From assembly GCA_965226745.1 (NCBI GenBank), contig CBDDDS010000001.1:37536-101535 (forward strand): 64,000 bases of DNA. The letters run 5' to 3'. The notes below the pieces were generated by a model. That model was given only the letters and a program-made list of their open reading frames with translations, had not been told where the DNA came from and ran no database searches. Below, one piece after another: positions 17,529 through 27,591 of this stretch (positions are counted from its first letter, which is position 1; every line of letters begins with the position of its first letter). The position numbers were made by a program, and so were the translations under genes. This stretch comes from Dehalococcoidia bacterium (GTDB lineage: Bacteria; Chloroflexota; Dehalococcoidia; Lucifugimonadales; SAR202-VII-2).

Positions 17529-17705
17529 GTGCCCAGGCGATCGGACGAGCGGTGGGCCAATCACAACGACGACCTCCGTTACTGCGTCTTCTGCAAGCAA
17601 TACATGAGCTTCCACGCCTGGGCCATCCACCACCACAACCCCGACCGCTCCCAGGGCGGCGCGGCCGGCTTCTTCAAACGGCTGCTGAGGCGATACAGGG
17701 GATAA
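17529..17705 (+). CDS. Small 58-aa protein with CxxC/His motif and amphipathic tail (not in ORF track)
   Basis: AGGAG RBS then GTG; MPRRSDERWANHNDDLRYCVFCKQYMSFHAWAIHHHNPDRSQGGAAGFFKRLLRRYRG; GC3-rich codons. Confidence 0.6.
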   Translation: MPRRSDERWANHNDDLRYCVFCKQYMSFHAWAIHHHNPDRSQGGAAGFFKRLLRRYRG

Positions 17706-17913
17706 CCGGGAGCGGCTGGCGGTTGCCAAACCTGCAACCCGGCGCCCGCAGCCTGCAAGACCTCCCCTCGAATGGCGCGGGGGGGGGCAAACCCCCGCCG
17801 GGAGCCACAGGGCGCATCCCCGGCCCCAAACGCGTTTAGGGGCGGAGCGGGCGAGGGCACAGCATCCGTCATCCAAGACCAAGCAGGAAAGACACCATCC
17901 CAGGGAGACCTCC

Positions 17914-19002
17914 ATGATAGACCGGGACCGCGTTGTACAAACCTTCATTGACCTCGCCCGCATCGACAGCCCCTCCGGCCAAGAGGATGATGTCGCCCGC
18001 TGGACAGTAGCCCGCCTGGAAGCACTGGGCTTCGCCGTCCAGGAAGACGCTTTCGGCAACCTCGTGGCGCGTCAGAACCCGCCCGGCGCCGCGCCCATCA
18101 TCCTGTCGGCTCACATGGACACCGTTCAGCCGTGCATCGGCATCCAGCCCCGTATACAGGACGGTCTCATCGTCTCCGACGGCGCCACCATCGTCGGCGG
18201 CGACTGTAAAGCAGGCATGGCGGCCATCCTGGAGGCCCTCGCCTCCCTTCAGGACGAAGGGGCCACCGGCCTTCCCGTGGAGGTATTCTTCTCCCGCCAG
18301 GAAGAGATGGGACTCGTTGGCGCAAAGAACCTCGACTTCCCTCTCCTGACCGGCAAGCAGGCCATCGTTTTCGACACCAACGGCCCGGTGGAGCGGGTCA
18401 TCTCTGGAGCTCCCACGCACTACGCCTTCAACGTCGACGTCACCGGTCGCGCCGCTCACGCCGGCGCCGAGCCGGAGAAGGGGCTCTCTGCTATTCTTCT
18501 GGCATCCGAGATCATCATGCGCCTGCCCCAGGGCCGCATAGACCTAGAAACCACAGCCAACGTTGGACTGATTGAAGGTGGCTCGGTGCGCAACTCCGTG
18601 CCGGAGCGCGCCTCGTTCAAGGGCGAGTTCCGCAGCCGCAACGCCGACGCGCTCGCCAGGGTCAAGTCTCAGGTGCAGCAGTCGGTAGACGAGGTCCGGG
18701 ACCATCACCCCTCCGCTGTCATTGACCTCCAGTTCATCAAGGAGTTCGACGGTTACAACCTCACCGGCGACGAGCCCCTCCTCGCTAGGGTGACCGCTGC
18801 GCTGGGCGCCGTCGGCTTGGAGCCCCAACTCGGCCCCACCGGCGGCGGCACCGACGCCAACATCCTGCGCCAGCACGGCATCGAGTCCCTGGTCGTAGGC
18901 ATGGCCGCCCGGGACATCCACACCGTCCGGGAGGTCGTCGACATCGCCTGGCTTGTCAACGCCGCCCGCTTCTGCAGAGCCATGATCGACGGCTACCGCT
19001 AG
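17914..19002 (+). CDS. M20/M25/M40 family metallopeptidase (peptidase T-like)
   Basis: IDSPSG, SAHMDTV, GGDCKAG, QEEMG, GRAAHAG, GGGTDAN, IHT. Confidence 0.92.
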   Translation: MIDRDRVVQTFIDLARIDSPSGQEDDVARWTVARLEALGFAVQEDAFGNLVARQNPPGAAPIILSAHMDTVQPCIGIQPRIQDGLIVSDGATIVGGDCKAGMAAILEALASLQDEGATGLPVEVFFSRQEEMGLVGAKNLDFPLLTGKQAIVFDTNGPVERVISGAPTHYAFNVDVTGRAAHAGAEPEKGLSAILLASEIIMRLPQGRIDLETTANVGLIEGGSVRNSVPERASFKGEFRSRNADALARVKSQVQQSVDEVRDHHPSAVIDLQFIKEFDGYNLTGDEPLLARVTAALGAVGLEPQLGPTGGGTDANILRQHGIESLVVGMAARDIHTVREVVDIAWLVNAARFCRAMIDGYR

Positions 19003-19196
19003 TAGGGAATCCCTCCGGGAATCCTCCGCCGAGCTCACCGGGACCGCAGCGACTTCGGCGGCTGGCCAACGTCAGCGTCAGGATGGTTGAGTCCGGATCC
19101 TGTGCATCCCAGCGCCAGCGCCTCCCTCCTGGCTTTTCCTCTACACTCCTCTCCTGCTCTGCGCTCTCGGCTCGCGCTGCGGCGTGTTCACCCACG

Positions 19197-19236
19197 AAAA
19201 ACCCCCAACCCGGGGTGATAAGCCCCGAGCCGGGGG
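19197..19236 (-). terminator. Terminator downstream of nrdJ
   Basis: Minus strand CCCCCGGCTCGGGG...CCCCGGGTTGGGGG followed by TTTTT. Confidence 0.6.
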
Positions 19237-19333
19237 CCGCCTTGGGGAAGGCGTAGAAGCGTTGGACAAGGGCGCGGGGGGGCACGCCCGTTTGGGACAT
19301 CGTTGGTTGGCGGCCTCTAGTGGCCTCTGCTCC

Positions 19334-21682
19334 TTATTCGCACTTGGAATAGCCGCAACTCGTGCAGTTGCCGCATCCTTCTTGGAACACCAGCGGCGCC
19401 GAGCAGTCGGGGCACAGGGCACCACCATATCCCCGGTGCACCGTCCCCGACGCGCCCACCGGCGTCAGGTTGACGCCAGCCAGCCCTTCAGCCTCTGCTG
19501 GCTCTTCCAGGTTCCGGTGGGCCAGCATGTTGAGCTGCGTGGCGTGGGCGCCGCGCGCCTGCTCTGAACCCATCTTGACTGCACGCTCCAGCGCCAAGGC
19601 CACGGCATCGGGGGAGGAGCGCACCAGGATGCCTTGATCCCACGTTGGGCAGCAGGTGATCCCTCGTATCTGGGTCACGATTTCTTCCGCCGCGATGCCG
19701 CTGCGCAGCGCCAGAGAGACCAGCCTTGAAATGGCCTCCAACTGCGCCGAGTCGCAGCCGCCGGACTTGCCCAGCATTGAGAACATCTCGAAGGGCTCGC
19801 TGCCCTCGTCGAAGTTTGTCGTGATGTACATGTTGCCGTGGCCCGTGCGGATCCGCTCCGTACGGCCCAGCATGGCGGTGGGCCGCTGACGAGGCGCCGG
19901 GTGATCCTGGACGCTGGCCAAGAGCCGCTCCAAGCCAGCCTCGGCCGACGCGTTCTGCTCCTTCGAGGCGCCCGTCTCCAGCACCTGTATCGCCTTGGAG
20001 CCGTCCCGATACACGGTCACCGCCTTGCAGCGGGTTTCCCATGCCAGGAAGAAGGCATCGCCGATATCTTCAACGCTAGCGTCATTGGCCATATTGATCG
20101 TCTTGGACACCGAGTTGCTGGTGTACCGCTGCCAGGCCGCCTGCATCTTCACGTGGTCCAGCGCCGAGATCGTCATCGACGTCCGCAGCAGGCTCGGGTC
20201 CACTCCGTGAGCCCGCAGCACCCCATCGGCTTCCTTGGGCCCAGCGCTCTCGGCGATCTCCCGCAGGATGGCCTCAGACTCCTGGGCGCCCACCTTCTCC
20301 TCCAGCACTCGCCGCACCGCTGTCGGCGCCTCCACGATGGTAATGCTGGCGCCTTCCTGGTCCTTCCACAGGGCCTTCCGAGTCCATGCCAGAGCAAAGT
20401 GCGGCTCAATGCCGCTGGAGCATCCCGCCAACAGTGAGATCGTGCCGGTGGGAGCGATAGTCAGCACACTGGAGTTGCGCACCGGGGGCATCCCCCGTTC
20501 CTTCAACCCGGACCGCTCATACTCCGGGAAGGGGCCGCGCTCTTCCGCCAGCTTTGCCGACTCGTCCCAGGCAGCGTCCCACAGGAACTTGCCCACCCGC
20601 TCCGCCATCGACTGGCCCTCCTCCGAGTCGTACGGAATCTGCAGGAGGATCAGGGCGTCGGCCCAGCCCATGACCCCCAGCCCCACCCGCCGCGTGGCCA
20701 GATTCACTTCCCGCAGCTTCGACAGCGGAAAGCTATTGACCTCAATAATGTCATCCAGGAACCGGATGCCCGTGCGGACCGTGTCTTCTAGGGCGTCCCA
20801 ATCGAAGTCCCCGCTCTCAGAGCTGATGTGCTTGCTCAGGTCAATGGAGCCCAGACAGCAGTTGCCGTAGTTCTCTAGGAACTCCTCACCGCAGGGGTTG
20901 CTCGTTTGGATTAGGCCAAGTTGAGGGTTCGGCGCTGTTTCCCACACCCGGTCCATGAACACCACCCCCGGGTCGCCGGTCTTCCACGCCGACTCGCAGA
21001 TCTCTCGCCATAGGTCTCGAGCCGACACCGTTTCGAGCGTCTCGCGGGAGCGGGGGTTGACCAGGCTCCAGTCTGCGTTCTGGCTCACCGCCTCCATGAA
21101 CGCGTCGGTGATCTGGACGGAAATGTTGAAGTTGGACAACGTGTCGTCGCCGTCCTTGCAGTGAATGAAATCCTTAATGTCGGCGTGCCACACACCGAGT
21201 TGGCCCATGTGGGCACCCAGGCGGAAGGCCCCCTGCGTCAGCGTCTCTCCCACCTTTGAATACAGCTTCATCACCGCCACCGGCCCGCAGGCGACGCCGT
21301 GGGTGGTGCTGATCTTGTCGTTCTTCGGACGCAGCGCCGTGAATCCGAACCCGATCCCGCCACCCCACTTCTCGATCATTGCCGCGTCGTAGGCGACGTT
21401 CATGATGGAATCCATGGAGTCGTCCGGGCTGACGCAGAAGCAGGCGCTCAGGCAGCCCTTATCCGTGCCCGCGTTGCGTATGGCCGGGGAGTTGGGCAGG
21501 AACCTCAGGGAGGTCAACGCGTCGTAGTACTTCTCCTCCCAGTGGGCCCGCACGTCTTCCTGCTCCGGCGACGCCACCGCACCGGCGATGCGACGGAACA
21601 GGTCTTCAGGCGTCTCGCCGGCGTGCAGGTACCGGGCGGTCAACACCTTCAACGCGTTCTCAGTCATCCGTAGCTCTGCCAT
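19334..21682 (-). CDS. nrdJ: Class II (B12-dependent) ribonucleotide reductase with TSCPD domain and C-terminal Zn ribbon
   Basis: FLPNSP, SNPCGE, CCLGS, TIAPTGT, SKTINM, TVYRDGS, CPDC...EGCxxCxxCGYSKC. Confidence 0.95.
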   Translation of the reverse strand: MAELRMTENALKVLTARYLHAGETPEDLFRRIAGAVASPEQEDVRAHWEEKYYDALTSLRFLPNSPAIRNAGTDKGCLSACFCVSPDDSMDSIMNVAYDAAMIEKWGGGIGFGFTALRPKNDKISTTHGVACGPVAVMKLYSKVGETLTQGAFRLGAHMGQLGVWHADIKDFIHCKDGDDTLSNFNISVQITDAFMEAVSQNADWSLVNPRSRETLETVSARDLWREICESAWKTGDPGVVFMDRVWETAPNPQLGLIQTSNPCGEEFLENYGNCCLGSIDLSKHISSESGDFDWDALEDTVRTGIRFLDDIIEVNSFPLSKLREVNLATRRVGLGVMGWADALILLQIPYDSEEGQSMAERVGKFLWDAAWDESAKLAEERGPFPEYERSGLKERGMPPVRNSSVLTIAPTGTISLLAGCSSGIEPHFALAWTRKALWKDQEGASITIVEAPTAVRRVLEEKVGAQESEAILREIAESAGPKEADGVLRAHGVDPSLLRTSMTISALDHVKMQAAWQRYTSNSVSKTINMANDASVEDIGDAFFLAWETRCKAVTVYRDGSKAIQVLETGASKEQNASAEAGLERLLASVQDHPAPRQRPTAMLGRTERIRTGHGNMYITTNFDEGSEPFEMFSMLGKSGGCDSAQLEAISRLVSLALRSGIAAEEIVTQIRGITCCPTWDQGILVRSSPDAVALALERAVKMGSEQARGAHATQLNMLAHRNLEEPAEAEGLAGVNLTPVGASGTVHRGYGGALCPDCSAPLVFQEGCGNCTSCGYSKCE

Positions 21683-21829
21683 GATTATCCTCTCCGTAGT
21701 GGGAAACCTGCGAAGCAAGGTCTCCCTTTTCTTTATTTGTTTCGTTCGCTGCCGGGATCCGCCCTCCCTCTCTCAAGGGACCAGAGAAGGAGACCCCAGC
21801 CTCTCCAACACGCTAGCCCAGTGAACCGC

Positions 21830-22399
21830 CTACCCCTCCCCCACCGTCGGCTTCGCCGGGACCCCCGGCTTCCGTCCCCTGCGGGGCTTCCGCTCCGACT
21901 CCAAGGCCATGGCATCCTTGAACAGCGCCAATTGCGCCTTGCTCGCCTGGTCGTCCCCCTTGTTCAGGGTCTCCAGCATCTCCTGGAACCTGTCCACATC
22001 CTCGAAGTCCCGGTACACGCTGGCGAAGCGGATGTAGGCAACCTGGTCCACTTCCCTCAGCCTGTCCATCACCGCTTCGCCGATCACGTAGGTCGGAATC
22101 TCACTCTTACGGGAGGCCACCACCTGGCTCTCGATTTCGTCCACTATCTTCTCGATGACTCCGGTCGGCAGGGGGCGCCTGGCGCACGCCAACCGGATCC
22201 CCGACATCAACTTGTCTCTGCTGAACTCCTCCCGACGACCGTCTCTCTTCACCGTCATCAGATTGCTGGCGTAGACCCTCTCGTAGGTCGTGAACCGCGC
22301 GCCACAGCCCAGACATTGGCGGCGACGGCGAATCCCGTCGTCGCTGTCGCGGGAGTCGGTCACCCGGGAGCCGGGATTGCCGCAGAAGGGGCAGCGCAT
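21830..22399 (-). CDS. nrdR: Transcriptional repressor NrdR
   Basis: MRCPFC, DSR, IRRRRQC..C..RFTTYE, ATP cone, VAYIRFASVY. Confidence 0.97.
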   Translation of the reverse strand: MRCPFCGNPGSRVTDSRDSDDGIRRRRQCLGCGARFTTYERVYASNLMTVKRDGRREEFSRDKLMSGIRLACARRPLPTGVIEKIVDEIESQVVASRKSEIPTYVIGEAVMDRLREVDQVAYIRFASVYRDFEDVDRFQEMLETLNKGDDQASKAQLALFKDAMALESERKPRRGRKPGVPAKPTVGEG

Positions 22400-22440
22400 T
22401 GGTTTCCAACGATGCCAGAGCACATCGCTCTGACCCAATT

Positions 22441-22576
22441 CCCCTAGATGTTGTGTTCCCAGAGCCTCAAACCACTTGTGCTTGAGGGTGCGAGCATTCA
22501 TGCTCGCAGGACAGCCGGTGGCTGTCAAGGGGTTTACAAGGCCAAAACAACATGTTTTTCCACAATATATGCCAGG
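22441..22576. promoter_or_regulatory. Putative NrdR boxes upstream of nrdR-nrdJ
   Basis: CCCTAGATGTTGTG and CCACAATATATGCC resemble the acaCwAtATaTwGtg consensus. Confidence 0.55.
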
Positions 22577-22711
22577 CCCAGGGCTTCGGGCCACAAGATG
22601 ACGGCATCCGCTCCCCAGGACCCCACCCTGCCCCGCTCCCTGTTCGCCCACAGCAGCCGGGCATGCTATAGTGAGGGTATTCCTTCCCCTCCGAGAGAGG
22701 TCTTTCACACT

Positions 22712-23521
22712 ATGCGCGTTGGCTTCATAGGAGGCGGCATCATGGCCGAGGCCATGATCGCCGGCGCCATCCGCGGCAACGTGCTCCGCCCCGACGACGT
22801 CGTCGCCGGCGAGGTTGTTGACGACCGGCGCGCCCTCCTCGAACAGCGTTACAACATCGCCACCACGGCCGACAACGCGGAGGCCTGTCGCAGCGCTGAG
22901 ATGGTCGTCTTGGCCGTCAAGCCCCAGAGCTTCCCCGGAGTGGCGAAGGGTCTCGCCGGGCGCCTCAACGACCGGCAGACGGTCCTCTCCATCATGGCCG
23001 GCGTCACCCTGGCAACCCTAACCTCTGCTCTGCGGAGCGACGCCGTCATCAGGGTAATGCCCAATACCCCGGCGCAGGAGGGCTTGGGCATGAGCGCCTG
23101 GATCGCCGCCCCGCCGGTGACGGCGATGGCCCGGGAGGGGGCGCGGGCACTGCTGAAGACGCTAGGAGAAGAGATCGAGTTCGAGGACGAGCACTACCTG
23201 GACATGGCGACTGCTGTAAGCGGCAGCGGCCCCGCCTACGTCTTCACCTTTGCCGAAGCCCTCATCGATGCTGGCGTGGCCGTGGGCCTCCCCAGAGATG
23301 CAGCAACCAAAATGGTGCTCCAGACCATCATGGGAAGCGTTGCCCTGCTGCAGCGCCGCCCCCAGCACCCCGCAGAGCTGCGGGCCATGGTCACCTCTCC
23401 CGGAGGCACAACCGCCGCCGCGCTCCAGGAGCTTGAACGGGGCGCGTTCCGCTCAACCATCGCCGAGGCCGTGCGAGCGGCCTTCGAGAGGTCTGTCGCG
23501 CTGGGTCAGAAGGAGGCCTGA
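22712..23521 (+). CDS. proC: Pyrroline-5-carboxylate reductase
   Basis: GFIGGGIMA, AVKPQ, RVMPNTP, SGSGPAY, VTSPGGTT. Confidence 0.96.
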   Translation: MRVGFIGGGIMAEAMIAGAIRGNVLRPDDVVAGEVVDDRRALLEQRYNIATTADNAEACRSAEMVVLAVKPQSFPGVAKGLAGRLNDRQTVLSIMAGVTLATLTSALRSDAVIRVMPNTPAQEGLGMSAWIAAPPVTAMAREGARALLKTLGEEIEFEDEHYLDMATAVSGSGPAYVFTFAEALIDAGVAVGLPRDAATKMVLQTIMGSVALLQRRPQHPAELRAMVTSPGGTTAAALQELERGAFRSTIAEAVRAAFERSVALGQKEA

Positions 23522-23522
23522 C

Positions 23523-23780
23523 GTGCAAGTGATCCTCCTCTATATCATTCAAATCCTCATGCTGGCCATCTTCGCCCAGGTGGTCATCTCTTGGCTTGTG
23601 GTCCTTGGCATCCGCAGCCCGCTGATACTCTCCCTCCAACGGGCAGTGACCACCATCAACGAGCCCATCATGCGGCCTCTCCGCAAAGTCATTCCCAACT
23701 TCGGCATGGTCGACATCACGCCAATGGTGGCCATCATCGTTCTCATTGTCACGCGAGAGGTTATTCTGAAGGTGCTCTAA
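23523..23780 (+). CDS. yggT: YggT family membrane protein
   Basis: VVISW...EPIMRPLRKVIP..GMVDITPMVAI; follows proC. Confidence 0.88.
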   Translation: MQVILLYIIQILMLAIFAQVVISWLVVLGIRSPLILSLQRAVTTINEPIMRPLRKVIPNFGMVDITPMVAIIVLIVTREVILKVL

Positions 23781-23787
23781 CCCATGT

Positions 23788-24078
23788 TCAGCGCTCCCCG
23801 CCGCTCTCGGGAGAACCCCCCGTCAGCCGTCGCCGCGCCTCCTCATCATCCAAGCCTTCGACCACCACCACCTTATTCCTAGAAGCCATGCCCCGAAGGA
23901 TGGCCACTCGGGATCGCGGCACACCCAGCCGCTCCGCCAGCAGCTTCACCAGAGCCTCATTGGCCCTGCCCTCCACCGGCGCCGCCGACAGCCTCACCCG
24001 CAGCACGCCATCCACGAAGCCCATCACCTGGCTCCGGCGAGCCATCGGCTGAACATGCACGCCAATCCTCGAACGCAT
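23788..24078 (-). CDS. DUF167 (YggU) family protein
   Basis: VHVQP, AAPVEGRANEAL, GMASRNK. Confidence 0.88.
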   Translation of the reverse strand: MRSRIGVHVQPMARRSQVMGFVDGVLRVRLSAAPVEGRANEALVKLLAERLGVPRSRVAILRGMASRNKVVVVEGLDDEEARRRLTGGSPESGGER

Positions 24079-24191
24079 CACACCCCTCCCGCCGAGCCAT
24101 CGCATGGACAACAACCGGCCCCCGCGTCCGCAAAGGACCATCGGGTTGCTTGAACCCAACCAGGAGGCTGCGCCGCATGGCCAACTGGCTA

Positions 24192-24220
24192 TTGACCCGG
24201 GCCCGCGCCCAGCCGATAAT
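24192..24220 (+). promoter_or_regulatory. Promoter of the padR unit
   Basis: TTGACC-17-GATAAT. Confidence 0.5.
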
Positions 24221-24249
24221 GGCCCCACTCTGCCCACAGAGGCGGCCTC

Positions 24250-24582
24250 ATGTACCGAAGAGAACTATTGAAGGGTAGCACCGAATCGCTGCTTCTGGCC
24301 GTGTTGGAGGAAGGCCCGCTCTACGGGTACCAAATAACCAGGGAAATGGAACAACGTAGTTCTGGGTACTTCCGCTTCAAGGAAGGAACCCTGTACCCCG
24401 CTCTACACCGCTTGGAGAAGGCGGGCATGTTGGACGGCATGTGGGAAGCCGCCCCCAGCGGCCAGCAGCGCCGCTACTATCACATCACCACCAGCGGCCT
24501 TGAGGCTCTGGCCCGCATGATGGACGAGTGGCGCAGCTTCTCCCGAGCCGTCAACTTGGTGATCGATCCTGGGCTGGCCTAA
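24250..24582 (+). CDS. PadR family transcriptional regulator
   Basis: LLKGS, YGYQI, EGTLYPALHRLE, RRYYHIT. Confidence 0.95.
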   Translation: MYRRELLKGSTESLLLAVLEEGPLYGYQITREMEQRSSGYFRFKEGTLYPALHRLEKAGMLDGMWEAAPSGQQRRYYHITTSGLEALARMMDEWRSFSRAVNLVIDPGLA

Positions 24583-24590
24583 GGTTCGCC

Positions 24591-25565
24591 ATGCCGTCTG
24601 AGTTCGACTCCTACCTGAGTTCCATAGAACGCCGGCTGCATCTCAGACCCGAGCAGGAGCGAGACATCCTCGTAGAGCTCCGCGGCCACCTGGAAGAGTT
24701 GGCCGACGAACATCGTCAGAAGGGCGTCGCCCCCCAGGAAGCGCTGCACCGCGCCGTGGAAGACATGGGCGTCCCCAACGATATCGCCCGCCGCATGTAT
24801 GACATCCACAGCGGCAACTCTTGGCGCGACGCCATGCTGGCGGCCACCCCGCACCTCGCCTTCGCCGTCCTGTTCGCTCTCCACCTGTGGACCCGCACGG
24901 CGTGGGTGGCCGTCGTCGTCGGCCTTCTGGCGCTGGTCAGCCTTCACGGCTGGCGGCGCACCAAGTCCATCTGGCTCTATCCCTGGCTGAGCTACAGCCT
25001 CGCCATCCCCATCCTGTCCAGCCTGGCCGCTATGGGCGCCGTGGGCTATGGCGTGTGGAGCCTCGTCCGACACGGCGACGCTCCCCTCGGCATCCCGTAC
25101 TACATCCTTTTGGGACTCTACGCCCCCTTCGCCCTTTATATCGCCGCTTTCCTGGCATCCAAGGTCGTCAGAAGAGACTGGCTCCTGGCCTCCCTTACCG
25201 CCACCCCTCTGCCCATCCTCGTAGGCTGGCTCCTGTTCATTCAGGACGAGGGCAGGACCATCGGCGACAACCCCCAGCACATCAACCAAACCGACAGCTC
25301 CACTGCCCTGGTCTTTCTGGCGCTCGCCATTACCACGGCAGTCTTCCTAAGGGTGAGTCAGCGGCTGCTGCGCATACTCCTGCTCATCACCGCCACTCCA
25401 ATCCTCACCTTCTTCGCCTATCTGACCTTCCTGGACAGCCCCGGCCTGCTCACCGTCGTCCTCGTCGCGGCCTTCTGCGCTGTCCTGTTGTTGGGCCCTG
25501 CCCTCGTGGACGCCCGCCTGCACAGGCCCATCTCCACCGGGCCACCTGCCTTCGGACGGCGCTGA
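24591..25565 (+). CDS. Multi-pass membrane protein with N-terminal permease-prefix (HAAS-like) domain
   Basis: YLSSIERRL...ELRGHLEE...AVEDMG.P..IA followed by many TM helices; follows padR. Confidence 0.75.
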   Translation: MPSEFDSYLSSIERRLHLRPEQERDILVELRGHLEELADEHRQKGVAPQEALHRAVEDMGVPNDIARRMYDIHSGNSWRDAMLAATPHLAFAVLFALHLWTRTAWVAVVVGLLALVSLHGWRRTKSIWLYPWLSYSLAIPILSSLAAMGAVGYGVWSLVRHGDAPLGIPYYILLGLYAPFALYIAAFLASKVVRRDWLLASLTATPLPILVGWLLFIQDEGRTIGDNPQHINQTDSSTALVFLALAITTAVFLRVSQRLLRILLLITATPILTFFAYLTFLDSPGLLTVVLVAAFCAVLLLGPALVDARLHRPISTGPPAFGRR

Positions 25566-25697
25566 ACGCCAAAGACCAGCGAGCGTCATCTGACGGACCC
25601 TCCCAGAAACGCGGGGCGAAGAGGCTCCAGCCCTTGCATCACCCGCCTTAGTCCACTACTGTTACCCTATCAATCGCACACCTCATGGAGGTTGGCC

Positions 25698-26870
25698 ATG
25701 GTGGAAGCAGCCAAAAAGACCCTCCGCATCGACTCCGACAGCCATTTCCAGCCGCTCCTCGATCCTGAATCCCTGGCGGCCCTCCTTCCCGGTTTCGAGC
25801 CGAGGCTCGTAGACATGATCGCCCGGGACGCCGCCGTCTTCTCCGACCCCAACGCCCGCAGCGGGGGCTTCAGCGGCACCGCCGCAGGCCAACAGGTGGG
25901 AGCCCTCGTCGGCGGCATCTCCGCTCGGGGCGGCAGTTCAGGGCCCGTCGGCCACGCTGCTTTTGAAGAACGGGCCAAGCTCCTCCCCGAGACCGGCTTC
26001 GACATGCAGGTCCTGATCCCCGACGGCGTCTTCCTGGAGAGGCCCTTCAAATCCCCCGTCGACGTGGCCGAGTCAGGCATAGACTCATCCATCCGATACG
26101 CCCTCTGCGTCGGGTATAACAACGCCGTGGCCGTGGCCCAGAGCAATATGGCCGATACCTTCATCGGCGGAGCGCTGGTCCCCTTCGGCGGGGGCTCCGT
26201 AGAACAGTGTTGCGATGAGGCCGTCCGGGGCGTCCGGGACCTCGGCCTCAAGGCCATCGTCATCAACGACAACTGGGCAGGCCGCAACTACGACTCCCTC
26301 GACCTGTACCCCTTCTGGCAAACCGTCAACGACCTCGACGTGCCAATTATCGTCCACCCCGCTCCCTTCGCCTGCCAGGTCACCGACCACGTGCCGCGTA
26401 CCTATCGCCTTGGGTGGGAGCGCATGCGGCGCCTCCACATCAGCAACTACCTTGGCTTCGCCTTCGAGTACATGGTAGCTCTGGCCAGCCTGACCCTGGG
26501 CGGCGTGTTCAAGGAGTTCCCCAACCTCCGCTTCTGCTTTTACGAGGCCGGGGGTTCCTGGCTGCCCTGGGTCATGTTCACCCTCGACCACACCTACAAC
26601 GTTGAGCGCCAGTGCGCCCGCTGCGACATACCCCCCAGCGAGCAGATCATGCGGTCCTGCTTCCTAGCAGTGGAGCCCTACGAGGAACCCATCGTCCAGA
26701 CCATCGCTCAGGTGGGAAGCCAGAACTTCCTGGTTGGCAGCGACTACCCCCACCCACCCTCCACCTTTCCCAACACCGCCGTCGGCATCGAGCGGCTGGA
26801 AGGCCTAACCCAGCAGGACAAGGACAATATCCTGGGCCTCAATGCCCGGGCTGTCTTCCAAGTACCCTAA
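25698..26870 (+). CDS. Amidohydrolase_2 family protein
   Basis: IDSDSH, YNN, IIVHP, FPNLRFCFYEAG, GSDYPH. Confidence 0.88.
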   Translation: MVEAAKKTLRIDSDSHFQPLLDPESLAALLPGFEPRLVDMIARDAAVFSDPNARSGGFSGTAAGQQVGALVGGISARGGSSGPVGHAAFEERAKLLPETGFDMQVLIPDGVFLERPFKSPVDVAESGIDSSIRYALCVGYNNAVAVAQSNMADTFIGGALVPFGGGSVEQCCDEAVRGVRDLGLKAIVINDNWAGRNYDSLDLYPFWQTVNDLDVPIIVHPAPFACQVTDHVPRTYRLGWERMRRLHISNYLGFAFEYMVALASLTLGGVFKEFPNLRFCFYEAGGSWLPWVMFTLDHTYNVERQCARCDIPPSEQIMRSCFLAVEPYEEPIVQTIAQVGSQNFLVGSDYPHPPSTFPNTAVGIERLEGLTQQDKDNILGLNARAVFQVP

Positions 26871-26889
26871 CCCCCTCCGGCCATCGCTT

Positions 26890-26924
26890 ACGGCCCCTCC
26901 AGCAGTGGAGGGGCCGTTTTCTTT
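26890..26924 (+). terminator. Intrinsic terminator
   Basis: ACGGCCCCTCCA-GCAG-TGGAGGGGCCGT followed by TTTCTTT. Confidence 0.8.
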
Positions 26925-27116
26925 ACAGAGTGGGGCCCCCGGCCCAAGAGTCCGAGCGCCGCCAAAGGTATCAACGGAGGGCCTACAAGCACGGCGGGGC
27001 GTCTGCGGTGGTTATAAGCCGGCCCACCTCAACCCACATAGCGCGCTTCGCGGCACATTGACCAACGTCGCTCTTGCGGGTATCGTGAGTGTCATCCTGC
27101 CGTTGGCTGGTTATTC

Positions 27117-27434
27117 GTGATCAAGAATCGCAACCTCGCTGTTCAAATCCTGCTAACCATTGTCACGCTCGGCATCTATACCATCTACTGGTACTACGTT
27201 AGCTACTCCGAGATGAACAAGTATCGCAATCTGGGCGAGAACCCGGTCATCTGGACCATCTTATTGTTCATCCCGATCCTGAACTTGATGTCCTTTTACA
27301 AGCACGCTGAAGCGGTGGAAGCGCTCACGGAACGAAACCTTAACAGGTGGCTGGTGTTCATCGTGTGGTGGGCCTTTGCGCCGGCCGCATGGCTGATCAC
27401 ACAACTTGAGTTGAACAAACGGGCTACGGCCTAG
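27117..27434 (+). CDS. DUF4234-like small membrane protein
   Basis: ILLTIVTLGIYTIYWYY ... Q.ELNK pattern. Confidence 0.7.
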   Translation: MIKNRNLAVQILLTIVTLGIYTIYWYYVSYSEMNKYRNLGENPVIWTILLFIPILNLMSFYKHAEAVEALTERNLNRWLVFIVWWAFAPAAWLITQLELNKRATA

Positions 27435-27505
27435 GGTCCGCCTTTCAGATCACAGCACTCTTGAGTCCTTTCCCCTGTTGACGCCGGCCACCCAAAGCAG
27501 TCTCG

Positions 27506-27534
27506 TTGCACCCCATCATCTTCTTCGCTACAAT
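27506..27534 (+). promoter_or_regulatory. Promoter of the mrp/mnh operon
   Basis: TTGCAC-17-TACAAT. Confidence 0.55.
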
Positions 27535-27591
27535 GCGGGCCACCTTGCGCCCCGAGCCAAACGTGCAGGGGGCGTTTCTTGTGGGGGAACC

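Noticed and set aside
19334-21682. Intein in NrdJ
   Set aside because: Length is normal and catalytic motifs are uninterrupted
21683-21830. Cobalamin riboswitch upstream of nrdJ
   Set aside because: No B12-box or other conserved aptamer motifs on the coding strand; regulation is better explained by NrdR
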